NCBI GenBank assembly: GCA_038874135.1
Contig: JAVZCZ010000001.1
Coordinates: forward strand, 448,001-512,000
Direction: 5' to 3'
Length of the DNA stretch: 64,000 nt
DNA from: Candidatus Woesearchaeota archaeon
Lineage (GTDB): Archaea > Nanobdellota > Nanobdellia > Woesearchaeales > 0-14-0-80-44-23
In this document: piece by piece, positions 48,562 to 57,392 of the stretch
How positions within the stretch are numbered: position 1 is the stretch's first letter
Layout: each line of letters opens with the position of its first letter
Translations under genes and position numbers: made by a program
Notes under the pieces: generated by a model
What the model saw: the letters and a program-made list of their open reading frames with translations, nothing else
Told to the model about the DNA's origin: nothing
Databases searched by the model: none

Positions 48562-49525
48562 ACCCGACTTTATGGAAAAGCAGGTTCTGTTTTTAGAGAG
48601 TAGTGAAGCTAAAAAAATATCATTCAAAAATTCAAATCTTCAAGTTACAGATGAAAATGGAAGGATAATACTTCAAAACTCCTGCCACAAAATATTTTTA
48701 GTCTTTATCCGGGGAGAGTTCACTATAACTTCTGTGCTTCTTAAGAATGCAAAGAGGTTTGGATTTCCACTAGTTTTTCTGACTTACTCTCTAAGACCAT
48801 ATCTGGTTTACAATGCAGGCACTGAAGGTAACTTCCTTCTAAGAAGAGTGCAATATTCGTGCAACAGAAGTTTTGAAATTGCAAAACACATAGTCTACAA
48901 TAAAGTATTAAATCAAGTTCAACTGATGAAATCGCTGAGATATAAAACAAAAGAAGAAAAAAAGGCAATAGAGATTATTGAAAAATTGTTAACATCTATA
49001 AAAACAGCTAATGACGAACAAGAACTCCTGGGCATTGAAGGAGAATCCTCAAAGCTATTCTTCAGAACATACTTCAAAAACATTAACTTCAGCGGCAGAA
49101 AACCTCGGATAAAACCGGACATATACAACTGCCTATTAGACATAGGATACACCTACCTGTTTCAATTCATTGAAGCAAACCTGAGCCTATACGGATTTGA
49201 CCTATACTGCGGAGTATATCACAAGCAGTTCTATCAGCGAAAATCATTAGTGTGCGACATCATAGAGCCTTTCAGGTGCGTCATAGAAAAGAGAATTCGC
49301 ACAAGTTGCAATCTGAAACAAATTGATGAAAAAGATTTTGTAAGTATACAGGGAAGATACGAGCTAAAAAAAGAAGCAACACAAAAATACAGTGAAATAC
49401 TACTAAGAGCAATTCTAGAATACAAACAGGACATCTTCCTTTATGTAAGATCATACTACCGCGCATTCATAAAACAGAAGGAAATAGAGGCGTACCCAAT
49501 ATTTAGGATAGGTGAGGATAGATGA
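48551..49525 (+). CDS. cas1: Cas1 (type V-A)
   Basis: LLGIEG, LLDIGYTYLF, GVYH, SLVCDIIEPFR; start set at MMSKPDF (48551). Confidence 0.95.
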   Translation: MMSKPDFMEKQVLFLESSEAKKISFKNSNLQVTDENGRIILQNSCHKIFLVFIRGEFTITSVLLKNAKRFGFPLVFLTYSLRPYLVYNAGTEGNFLLRRVQYSCNRSFEIAKHIVYNKVLNQVQLMKSLRYKTKEEKKAIEIIEKLLTSIKTANDEQELLGIEGESSKLFFRTYFKNINFSGRKPRIKPDIYNCLLDIGYTYLFQFIEANLSLYGFDLYCGVYHKQFYQRKSLVCDIIEPFRCVIEKRIRTSCNLKQIDEKDFVSIQGRYELKKEATQKYSEILLRAILEYKQDIFLYVRSYYRAFIKQKEIEAYPIFRIGEDR

Positions 49526-49794
49526 TGATACTAGCATATGACATAAGAGAAGATGATTTGAGAAACAGGTTCAACAAATTTATCAGGCAGTATGGAAGAA
49601 GACTCCAGTTCTCAGTTTATGAAATAAGCAACAGCGAAAGGATACTAAGCATAGTTAAACTTGAGATAAGGGAAAGCTTTGAAAAAGAATTCCAGCAAAG
49701 CGACAGCGTACTAATATTTGAAGTGAATAATCCTGAAAAAGTAATAAGATTTGGATATGCAAAAAACGAGGAAGATGATCTGGTCTTCGGATAA
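49522..49794 (+). CDS. cas2: Cas2
   Basis: ILAYDI, YGRRLQFSVYEI. Confidence 0.95.
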   Translation: MMILAYDIREDDLRNRFNKFIRQYGRRLQFSVYEISNSERILSIVKLEIRESFEKEFQQSDSVLIFEVNNPEKVIRFGYAKNEEDDLVFG

Positions 49795-50003
49795 AAAATG
49801 CAAACCTCAGTCTGAATGCAAAATTATAAAAAAAGAGTTTCTCTTCACAAAAAAGAGCAAGCTTTTTAAATAACAAAGTCACAACATCCTTTCGTTTCCT
49901 ATGCAAAAGAGATGTGTCGTAGAGTAACTTCTACGCCGAAAACCGCAAATTTTGTCGTATATCAACCCCCTAAAATTCATATTCCTACCCCTAAGTGGGA
50001 CCT
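49795..50003 (+). promoter_or_regulatory. CRISPR leader
   Basis: Non-coding, A/C-rich stretch between cas2 and repeat 1; TATA-like tttttaaa near 49863; the degenerate repeat is at the far end of the array. Confidence 0.8.
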
Positions 50004-50493
50004 GTCTAATAATTCGTAATAATTTCTACTGTTGTAGATTCTCAGTTTTCTCAGAATTATTTTCAACGTCGTCTAATAATTCGTAATAATTTCTACTGTT
50101 GTAGATTTTTTCAAAAAAAGTCTTTAATTTTGTAATTTGTCTAATAATTCGTAATAATTTCTACTGTTGTAGATCTCATAATATTTTTTTAGCCCAGCAT
50201 GTCTAATAATTCGTAATAATTTCTACTGTTGTAGATCGAAATCACTCTAATTGAGCCGAACGATGGTCTAATAATTCGTAATAATTTCTACTGTTGTAGA
50301 TGGCTATGTTTATAAATTCAAATCCTTCGTCTAATAATTCGTAATAATTTCTACTGTTGTAGATGTTTGCTTGTTCTAATATTTTTTTTGTTGTCTAATA
50401 ATTCGTAATAATTTCTACTGTTGTAGATACAAGGTATGATTCTACAGAATAAGTTTGGTCTAATAATTCGTAATAATTTCTACTGTTGTAGCT
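50004..50493 (+). CRISPR. Type V-A array, 8 repeats / 7 spacers; repeat GTCTAATAATTCGTAATAATTTCTACTGTTGTAGAT (36 nt)
   Basis: Repeats start at 50004, 50071, 50139, 50201, 50266, 50329, 50393 and 50458 (last ends GTAGCT); spacers 31, 32, 26, 29, 27, 28, 29 nt; canonical Cas12a handle AATTTCTACTGTTGTAGAT. Confidence 0.98.
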
Positions 50494-50585
50494 TATTTTT
50501 CAATATTTTAGCCAATAATTGGAGTAGGTCTACTTTGCGGATTAGATTCAAAACCTTTATATTCCCCTTTTTTATTCTCCAAGTT

Positions 50586-53093
50586 ATGCTTTCGGATAAG
50601 GAGGTTAAAAGGGAGTTGAGAAGGGCTGCTTCTATGGAGCCTGAGAAGTATTATGCAGTTGATTTTCTGAAGGGTCAGGGCTTTTCTCGGCATCAGTGTT
50701 CCAGGTGTGGGAAGTTCTTTTGGAGTGTTGAGGATTCTGATGTCTGCGGAGATCCTGCCTGTTCGGGAGGTTTCAGGTTTATCGGGGATACTCCTGCCAA
50801 GAGGAGGTTGAGCTATGTTGAGGTCTGGGCTGAGTTTTCCAGGTTCTTTTCTGAGAGGGGGTATTCTCCTATTAAGAGGTATCCTGTGGCTGCTAGGTGG
50901 CGCGACGATACTGACTTCGTGCAGGCTTCCATTTATGACTTTCAGCCTTTCGTGGTTTCCGGCGAGGTTGAGCCTCCTGCCAACCCGCTTGTTGTTCCGC
51001 AGTTCTGCCTCCGCTTTAATGATGTGGATAATGTTGGCATAACTGGTGCTCACTATACAGGTTTTGTGATGATTGGCCAGCATGCTTTTACAAGTCCTGA
51101 GGGTTTTGATCAGGAGAGGTATTTTAGGGACATTTTTGAGTGGCTCACGCTCGGGCTTGGAATTCCTAAGGCTGAGTTGAAGTTTCACGAGGACGCTTGG
51201 GCTGGAGGCGGTAATGCCGGTCCCTGTATGGAGTACTTCTGCCGAGGGCTTGAGCTTGGCAATCAGGTTTACATGCGGTATCAGGTTACTGAGGGTGGTC
51301 TTAAGCCTTTGAGGCTTAATGTTCTTGACATGGGTATGGGGCATGAGAGGAATGCCTGGTTTACTAATGCTACGAGCACTAGTTATGAGGCTGTTTTTCC
51401 TGAGGTTATGAAGTATCTTTATGATAGGACCGGCTTTCGTACTGATCAGGCTCTTATGCGGAGGTTCCTACCGTATGCTTCATATCTTAATGCTGATGAG
51501 GTTGAGGATATTGAGGCGGTTTGGGCTGATATTGCAGATAAGCTCGGAGTTTCTAAGGATGAGTTGAAGAATAAGATCTCCAGGTCTGCTGCTCTGTATT
51601 CTATTGCTGAGCACGCGAGGAGTTTGCTATTTGCAATCTCTGACGGGGTTCTCCCCAGTAATGTTGCCGGCGGCTACAATCTTAGGATGCTTCTCAGGCG
51701 GGCTTTATCCCTTATTGAGAGGTACGGCTGGGATGTCTCCCTTGCTGAGGTTTGCAGGATTCATGCTGAGGAGCTTAAGCCTTTGTTCCCGGAGCTTTCG
51801 GAAGGGTTAGATGGTGTGGAGAAGATTCTGAATTATGAAAGGGAGAAGTATCTTGAGAGCAGGAGGAATGCTAAGCGCATTGTGGAAGGCTTGGCTTCTA
51901 AGAGGATTACTGCTGAGCTTCTCGTTCAGCTTTACGACAGTCACGGCATAAGTCCGGATTTTGTCAGGCAGGAGCTCGGAGCTAGGGGCATTAGTGTGGA
52001 CGTTCCTGAAAATTTTTACTCACTACTTTCAGAGAGGCACTCCGTGGGCGTTCAGAAAACTTCAACTAAGAAGGGCGTGCCTCTCGACCTGTCAGGGCTG
52101 CCGCAGACTGAGGCTTTATACTTTGGAGATTACACTCTAACTAAGTTCTCAGCAAGGGTGCTTAGGATTATTGATGGAAGGTATGTCGTGCTGGACAGGA
52201 CTGCTTTTTATCCCACATCTGGAGGGCAGCTGCACGATACCGGCACGCTGGGGAGTTCAAAAGTGTTGGAATGCTTTAAGGATGGGGGTATAATAGTGCA
52301 CCTTGTAGATTCTCCAAGATTTAGGGAAGGCGAATTGGTTGAAGGCGTTGTGGACTTTGAGAGGAGGCTTCAGCTGGCTCAGCATCATACATCTGCTCAC
52401 ATTGTAAATGCTGCTGCCAGGATCGTGCTTGGAAGGCACGTCTGGCAGGCTGGCGCTTCTAAGAGTTTGGAGCACGCTCGTCTGGACATAACCCATTACA
52501 AGCTGCTGGAAAGGCAGGAAGTTGCCAGGATTGAGGAGGAAGCTAACAGGATTGTGCAGGCTGATATTCCGGTGAGGAAGTTTTTCCTTCCAAGGGCTGA
52601 GGCTGAGCGGCGTTACGGATTCTCAATCTATCAGGGCGGCGCTGTTCCCGGCAGGGAGCTGAGGATTGTTGAGATTCCAGGTGTGGATGTGGAAGCGTGC
52701 GGGGGCACGCATCTTAACAGAACTGGAGAGGTTCGCAGCATAAGGATTCTGAGAACTTCAAAGGTTCAGGACGGCATAATAAGAATTGAGTTCGTTTCAG
52801 GAAGGGCTGCTGAAGTGCTCTCTTCTGAGGAGAACAGGATTATAAGTGAGCTCTCAGAAATTCTGAACTGCGAGAGGGAGCAGATTCCCGGAAGGGTTGG
52901 TGAGCTGTTTGACTGGTGGAAGAGGATTGTCAAGAAGGGTGAGGACAAGTTAAAGTTTAAGCTTTCTTCAGAGGAGAGGCTTAAAGCTTCTAATGCTCAG
53001 ATAATCTCGGCTGCTGCTGAGCGTTTGAAAACTCAGCCTGAGCACCTGGTGAAAACGGTTAAGAGGTTCTTAGAAGAGATTAAAAAATCTTAA
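50586..53093 (+). CDS. alaS: Alanyl-tRNA synthetase, archaeal type, apparently without the C-Ala/DHHA1 domain
   Basis: YPVAARWRDD, QASIYDFQP, WAGGGNAGP, GLELGNQVYM, editing HHTSAH/CGGTH; likely start ATG 50586 (835 aa). Confidence 0.95.
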   Translation: MLSDKEVKRELRRAASMEPEKYYAVDFLKGQGFSRHQCSRCGKFFWSVEDSDVCGDPACSGGFRFIGDTPAKRRLSYVEVWAEFSRFFSERGYSPIKRYPVAARWRDDTDFVQASIYDFQPFVVSGEVEPPANPLVVPQFCLRFNDVDNVGITGAHYTGFVMIGQHAFTSPEGFDQERYFRDIFEWLTLGLGIPKAELKFHEDAWAGGGNAGPCMEYFCRGLELGNQVYMRYQVTEGGLKPLRLNVLDMGMGHERNAWFTNATSTSYEAVFPEVMKYLYDRTGFRTDQALMRRFLPYASYLNADEVEDIEAVWADIADKLGVSKDELKNKISRSAALYSIAEHARSLLFAISDGVLPSNVAGGYNLRMLLRRALSLIERYGWDVSLAEVCRIHAEELKPLFPELSEGLDGVEKILNYEREKYLESRRNAKRIVEGLASKRITAELLVQLYDSHGISPDFVRQELGARGISVDVPENFYSLLSERHSVGVQKTSTKKGVPLDLSGLPQTEALYFGDYTLTKFSARVLRIIDGRYVVLDRTAFYPTSGGQLHDTGTLGSSKVLECFKDGGIIVHLVDSPRFREGELVEGVVDFERRLQLAQHHTSAHIVNAAARIVLGRHVWQAGASKSLEHARLDITHYKLLERQEVARIEEEANRIVQADIPVRKFFLPRAEAERRYGFSIYQGGAVPGRELRIVEIPGVDVEACGGTHLNRTGEVRSIRILRTSKVQDGIIRIEFVSGRAAEVLSSEENRIISELSEILNCEREQIPGRVGELFDWWKRIVKKGEDKLKFKLSSEERLKASNAQIISAAAERLKTQPEHLVKTVKRFLEEIKKS

Positions 53094-53150
53094 TCTTGCA
53101 CTGGACATTTTCTGAAAACATTTAAATTTTGTTTGTGAAACATTTACTTT

Positions 53151-54434
53151 ATGAAGGTTCTCTGCCTTAAATGCAAGGGGCGCGGCTTCTGCGGCAGGGA
53201 GTACTGCCCCGTATATGCTAAGGCAAACTCTATGCTCAAGATAAAGAAGGTTCTGCTTTCAGGAATGAAGGAGGAGTTCTATTCAAAAGCCCCTTCCGTG
53301 CTTGTGGGCAGGAGCGGCTATCCTGATGTGAATGTCGGAATACTCGCACCCCCTGAAGTTCCTGAGCTTCTGGAGCAGGCTGAGCTTTATGATGCTCCCA
53401 GGCTGTGGAGCGGGATGAACTTCTCAGTTGGAAAGATAATTGAGCTTAGGTCTGGCCTTATTAATTCCAGAGCGAGGGCTAGAGTTAATAGTGCATCTTC
53501 CAGGAATTATAGCAGGCTTCTGGAGCTTGCTCAGGAGGTGAGCATGGCTTCTAAGCCCGTGGATGTTGAGATTTATGTTGAGGAGGTTCCCAGGTTCAGG
53601 GTGAACCTGAGCCCTGAGCTGGCTCCTTTTGGTCCTGAGGCGAAGCTTAAGAGCGCCGTGCTTGCTGAGAATCCCAGGGTTAGCCCTGCTGTTGAGAAGG
53701 CAGTTTCAGATTACGACTTGAAGGCGTCTGAGGCGATATCCACACTCTTTTCCAAGGGCTTTGATGAGAATGCTATAGTTAGGCTTTTGAGCACAGGCAC
53801 TCTGGGAGTTAGGAGTGAGAGAAAGCTTGTTCCTACGAGGTGGGCGATAACTGCTGTAGATGATGCTCTCGGCAGGGAGCTGACTGGAGAGGTTAAGCAG
53901 TTTAGCATTTCAGACCCTCTGGCTTTCTTCGGCGGATATCTGGGAAACTATTATCTAGTTCTGCTCTTTCCCGAAGTTTGGAGTTATGAGCTGTTTGAAA
54001 CCTACATGCCAAAGGCTGAGTGGAATCTGAGCAATGAGGTGCAATTCATGACTGACTACGAGCCGTATGAGGGGAGAAGCGCTTATGCTGAGGAGTGCTC
54101 AGGCGGTTATTATGCTGCAAGGCTGGCAATACTTGAAAGGCTTAAAGCTATGAGAAGGCAGGCGTCAGTGCTCGCAATAAGAGTAATTACTGGAGAGTAT
54201 TTCTGCCCGCTTGGAGTGTGGGTTGTGAGGGAGGCTTCTCGTAAGGCGATGTCTTCCAAGCCTTTGGAGTTTGGAGATTCTGCGCTTATGCTCAGGTATG
54301 CTGAAGTTTTTCTTAAGAAGAAGTTTGGACTTGATGCTCATTTAATATTTAAGAGGAGCAGGCTTCTCAGACGCCTCCTTGGACAGGCTAAGCTAACTCA
54401 GTTCTTCTCTTCAGGAGAAGCAAAAAGTATTTAA
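53151..54434 (+). CDS. nreA: Nre-family DNA repair protein
   Basis: CLKCKGRGFCG, GYPDVNVG, RKLVPTRWAITAVD, GGYYAARL, PLGVWVVRE; C-terminal PIP box QAKLTQFF. Confidence 0.92.
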   Translation: MKVLCLKCKGRGFCGREYCPVYAKANSMLKIKKVLLSGMKEEFYSKAPSVLVGRSGYPDVNVGILAPPEVPELLEQAELYDAPRLWSGMNFSVGKIIELRSGLINSRARARVNSASSRNYSRLLELAQEVSMASKPVDVEIYVEEVPRFRVNLSPELAPFGPEAKLKSAVLAENPRVSPAVEKAVSDYDLKASEAISTLFSKGFDENAIVRLLSTGTLGVRSERKLVPTRWAITAVDDALGRELTGEVKQFSISDPLAFFGGYLGNYYLVLLFPEVWSYELFETYMPKAEWNLSNEVQFMTDYEPYEGRSAYAEECSGGYYAARLAILERLKAMRRQASVLAIRVITGEYFCPLGVWVVREASRKAMSSKPLEFGDSALMLRYAEVFLKKKFGLDAHLIFKRSRLLRRLLGQAKLTQFFSSGEAKSI

Positions 54435-54459
54435 AGAGTTCCAGTTTGCGATATCTTAT

Positions 54460-54537
54460 AGCGGGGTAGAGCAGACAGGAGTGCTCGGCGGGCTCATAAC
54501 CCGCAGGTCGGCGGTTCAAATCCTCCCCCCGCTACCA
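54460..54537 (+). tRNA. Initiator tRNA-Met(CAT)
   Basis: A1-U72, AGCGGGG/CCCCGCT acceptor stem, GCGGG-CT CAT AA-CCCGC with three consecutive G-C pairs; CCA encoded. Confidence 0.96.
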
Positions 54538-54608
54538 TTTTTTCATGTTTTTCTCACACTTCGGTTATATTTTTATATCTGTAAAGATAAGCTGGTTAAG
54601 GGGGTTTT

Positions 54609-55028
54609 ATGAAAAGGTTTGAATTCCTTCCAAAGACTGCTGATGTAAAGCTGAGGGCTTTCGGCAGAAGTTTTGAGGAAGCGTTAGAAAACGCTGCCCA
54701 GGCGATGACCTCTCTGATGGTAGAAGGCTCAGTGAAAGGAACAACTAAGCGGGAAATTGAAGTGGTTTCAGATTCTAGAGAGGAGTTGGCAGTGAAATTT
54801 TTAGAGGAGCTTCTCTTCTTAAGAGATTCTGAGGGCTTACTCCTCTCCAAGGTTGAAGGGATTAGGGTTAAGAGAGAGAAAATGCGATTCAAGCTTAATG
54901 CTGTCATAACTTTTGATTCAATAAGAAATTATGAGTATAGAGAGGTTGTTAAGGCGGTTACTTTCAACGAGCTTAGACTGTTTAGAAGTGGGAACAAAGT
55001 AGTCTTACAGGTTGTGCTGGACACTTGA
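54609..55028 (+). CDS. Archease
   Basis: TADV...AFG, VKAVT, QVVLD; immediately upstream of rtcB. Confidence 0.92.
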   Translation: MKRFEFLPKTADVKLRAFGRSFEEALENAAQAMTSLMVEGSVKGTTKREIEVVSDSREELAVKFLEELLFLRDSEGLLLSKVEGIRVKREKMRFKLNAVITFDSIRNYEYREVVKAVTFNELRLFRSGNKVVLQVVLDT

Positions 55029-55042
55029 AGGAGGTGCTAAGG

Positions 55043-56464
55043 ATGGAGGTTCGCAGGGTTAATGATATGATTTGGGAGATTCCCAAGAGCGGGCAGATGA
55101 GGGTGCCTGCAAGGGTGTACGCTTCAGAGGAGCTTCTCAGGAAGATGAAGGAGGATAAGACGCTGCAGCAGCTGGCGAACGTGGCTTCCCTTCCTGGAAT
55201 TTTAAAATACGCTATAGCGATGCCCGACGCTCATGAGGGTTACGGCTTCCCGATAGGCGGAGTCGCTGCCTTTGACATTGAAGATGGGATAATCTCCCCT
55301 GGAGGCGTCGGCTACGACATAAACTGCTCTGTTAGGCTTGTTAGAACTGAATACCACGAGAGGAACATCTCTGCAAAGAAAAAGGAGCTCCTAGATGCGA
55401 TATTCAGGGAGGTGCCAGCAGGTCTTGGAAAGGAGAGTGCAATACGCCTCTCTAAGGATGAGGTTAGAGAGCTAGTGGAGAAGGGAGCGGAATGGGCTGT
55501 TGAACACGGTTATGGCTTCAGAAGGGACTTGGAAAGAGTTGAAGAGAACGGGAGGATGAGGGATGCTGATGCAAGATTCGTTTCTGAAAGGGCGATCAGG
55601 AGGGGCGTACCCCAGCTCGGAACCCTTGGGAGTGGAAACCACTTTCTGGAAATACAAAGGGTGGACCGAATCTACAATGAGAAGACTGCTAGGGCTTTCG
55701 GAATAGACGCTGAAGGGCAAATAACAGTCATGATACACTGCGGAAGCAGAGGGCTTGGCCACCAAGTAGCTTCAGATTATATAGAACTCATGGAGAAGAA
55801 GTACGAATATGCGCACCTTCCCGACAGGGAGCTTGTGAACGCGCCTATAAATTCCGAGCTTGGTCAGAGGTATTATAAGGCTATGAGTGCTGCTGCAAAC
55901 TTCGCATTTGCTAACAAGCAGATGATTACGCACTGGGTGCGCTCAGTGTTTGAAAAGGTGTTGGGCTCATCCGAAAAAATGGAAGTAGTCTATGATGTCT
56001 GCCACAACATTGCAAAATTTGAAAAGCACAATGTTGAAGGCGAGCTTAGAAGGGTTTGCGTGCACAGAAAGGGGGCAACGCGCTCCTTCGGAGCCGGCAG
56101 GGAGGAAGTGCCTGAAGCGTACAGGAGCTTCGGTCAGCCTGTTATAATTCCCGGAAGCATGGGCACTGCCTCATACCTCTTAGTTGGAACAAGAACTGCT
56201 GAAGAGATAAGCTTCGGCTCAACTGCTCACGGAGCTGGAAGGGTTTCAAGCAGGTCTGCAGCGCTTAGGAACATAAGAGGAGAAGAGGTTGCCAAAGAAT
56301 TAGAGGCTAAGGGCATATCTGTCAGGGGTGTCTCGTGGAAGGGAATTGCCGAAGAGGCTCCTTCGGTTTATAAAGATATTGATGAAGTTGTAAGGGTTTC
56401 AAACTCATTAGGCATAGGAAACCTCGTAGCTAGGCTTGTACCTATTGCAGTAATGAAAGGATAA
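55043..56464 (+). CDS. rtcB: RNA ligase RtcB
   Basis: MPDAHEGYGFPIGG, GYDINC, GSGNHFLE, HCGSRGLGH, HRKGAT, HGAGR; ATG 55043 after GGAGGTG. Confidence 0.97.
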   Translation: MEVRRVNDMIWEIPKSGQMRVPARVYASEELLRKMKEDKTLQQLANVASLPGILKYAIAMPDAHEGYGFPIGGVAAFDIEDGIISPGGVGYDINCSVRLVRTEYHERNISAKKKELLDAIFREVPAGLGKESAIRLSKDEVRELVEKGAEWAVEHGYGFRRDLERVEENGRMRDADARFVSERAIRRGVPQLGTLGSGNHFLEIQRVDRIYNEKTARAFGIDAEGQITVMIHCGSRGLGHQVASDYIELMEKKYEYAHLPDRELVNAPINSELGQRYYKAMSAAANFAFANKQMITHWVRSVFEKVLGSSEKMEVVYDVCHNIAKFEKHNVEGELRRVCVHRKGATRSFGAGREEVPEAYRSFGQPVIIPGSMGTASYLLVGTRTAEEISFGSTAHGAGRVSSRSAALRNIRGEEVAKELEAKGISVRGVSWKGIAEEAPSVYKDIDEVVRVSNSLGIGNLVARLVPIAVMKG

Positions 56465-56473
56465 AAGTGCAAC

Positions 56474-57391
56474 ATGAAGCCAACACTTAAGAAAATTTTG
56501 TCACTCATAAGCGCCTCCCTGATTGGCCTATACTCAGTCAGCATGTGCAGCTACGAACTGAGCAAGCGTGGGCTGAGCAGGCCTGAAAGGCGGGATTATG
56601 AGGTTGCAATCTCACTTCACAACCACACTCCTTTCTTAAAAAGTGCAGATGCTGGACTTGAGGAGCTAGTGGAATGCGCTTTCAAGCAGGACATAGACAT
56701 TCTAGCATTGACAGATGCGAATAGTGAAGAAAATTTCTATTACCTTAAGGATAAGTATTCCGGCGTGCTATCAGGATATAATGTTCAAGACTTAGGCTCA
56801 GTATTGAAGATTTCTAAGATTAGTGATTCTGAAGATGTAATTTACATCCTAGCCGGCTACGAGTTTCACAGGCCTTCCGGACATATCCTAATAATCGGTC
56901 AGAATTGTAGGATAAATCTTGATTGTAAAAGCACGAGCGAGGATGCTATCCTTGCGGGGAAAAATTCTGGAGCCATCGTGATAATTCCACACCCTTTTGT
57001 TACTTCCTGGAATGTCGGGGGTGTTGGTGAAGATAAGCTTAAGGAACTTTATAATGAAGTTGATGCAATAGAATCATTCAACGCTCAGGCAGTCTGTATA
57101 TATCCGATAATTGCGGACCTACACCAAGCGAATTTGAAAGCTAGTAATTTTTGTGAAGAATTAAAGGTTCCCGGAGTTTCAAATTCTGATTCTCATATTG
57201 CATCTCATGTTGGGCTATCTTACATTCTTGTGGATAAAAGCAAAATTGACTTCAGCAGTGGAGAAGCAATTGTAAATTCTCTTAGAAATGTCATAAGGAG
57301 TGGCGAGTTTAGGAATTATGAGAGGTATGCTTCCTGGTTTGAGACTGTGCGCTGGGCTGCAATTTCCAGAATTCTTAGCAGGAAGAGATGA
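56474..57391 (+). CDS. PHP-domain protein with N-terminal signal/anchor
   Basis: LHNHT, GYEF, GHIL, IPHPF, ESFNA, NSDSH. Confidence 0.82.
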   Translation: MKPTLKKILSLISASLIGLYSVSMCSYELSKRGLSRPERRDYEVAISLHNHTPFLKSADAGLEELVECAFKQDIDILALTDANSEENFYYLKDKYSGVLSGYNVQDLGSVLKISKISDSEDVIYILAGYEFHRPSGHILIIGQNCRINLDCKSTSEDAILAGKNSGAIVIIPHPFVTSWNVGGVGEDKLKELYNEVDAIESFNAQAVCIYPIIADLHQANLKASNFCEELKVPGVSNSDSHIASHVGLSYILVDKSKIDFSSGEAIVNSLRNVIRSGEFRNYERYASWFETVRWAAISRILSRKR

Positions 57392-57392
57392 A

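Noticed and set aside
49795-50003. tracrRNA/anti-repeat, or the 83-aa minus-strand ORF 49655..49906
   Set aside because: No extended complement of the repeat and V-A needs no tracrRNA; the ORF overlaps cas2 and has no motifs
50040-50520. Self-targeting or promoter-targeting spacers
   Set aside because: Only 10-nt low-complexity matches (ctttaatttt, aatattttta) to the cas12a promoter were seen, not at the seed end and without a TTTV; a computational search is still needed
50436-50585. N-terminal extension of AlaS in the ORF track
   Set aside because: It starts inside spacer 7 and runs through the last repeat; ATG 50586 gives a normal N-terminus
50508-51344. 278-aa antisense ORF opposite alaS
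   Set aside because: Lies almost entirely within alaS, has no motifs, and is explained by the local G/T codon bias that removes antisense stops
55043-56464. Inteins in RtcB, CDC48 or RadB; introns in the tRNAs
   Set aside because: Lengths and motif spacing are normal; the tRNAs fold without inserts
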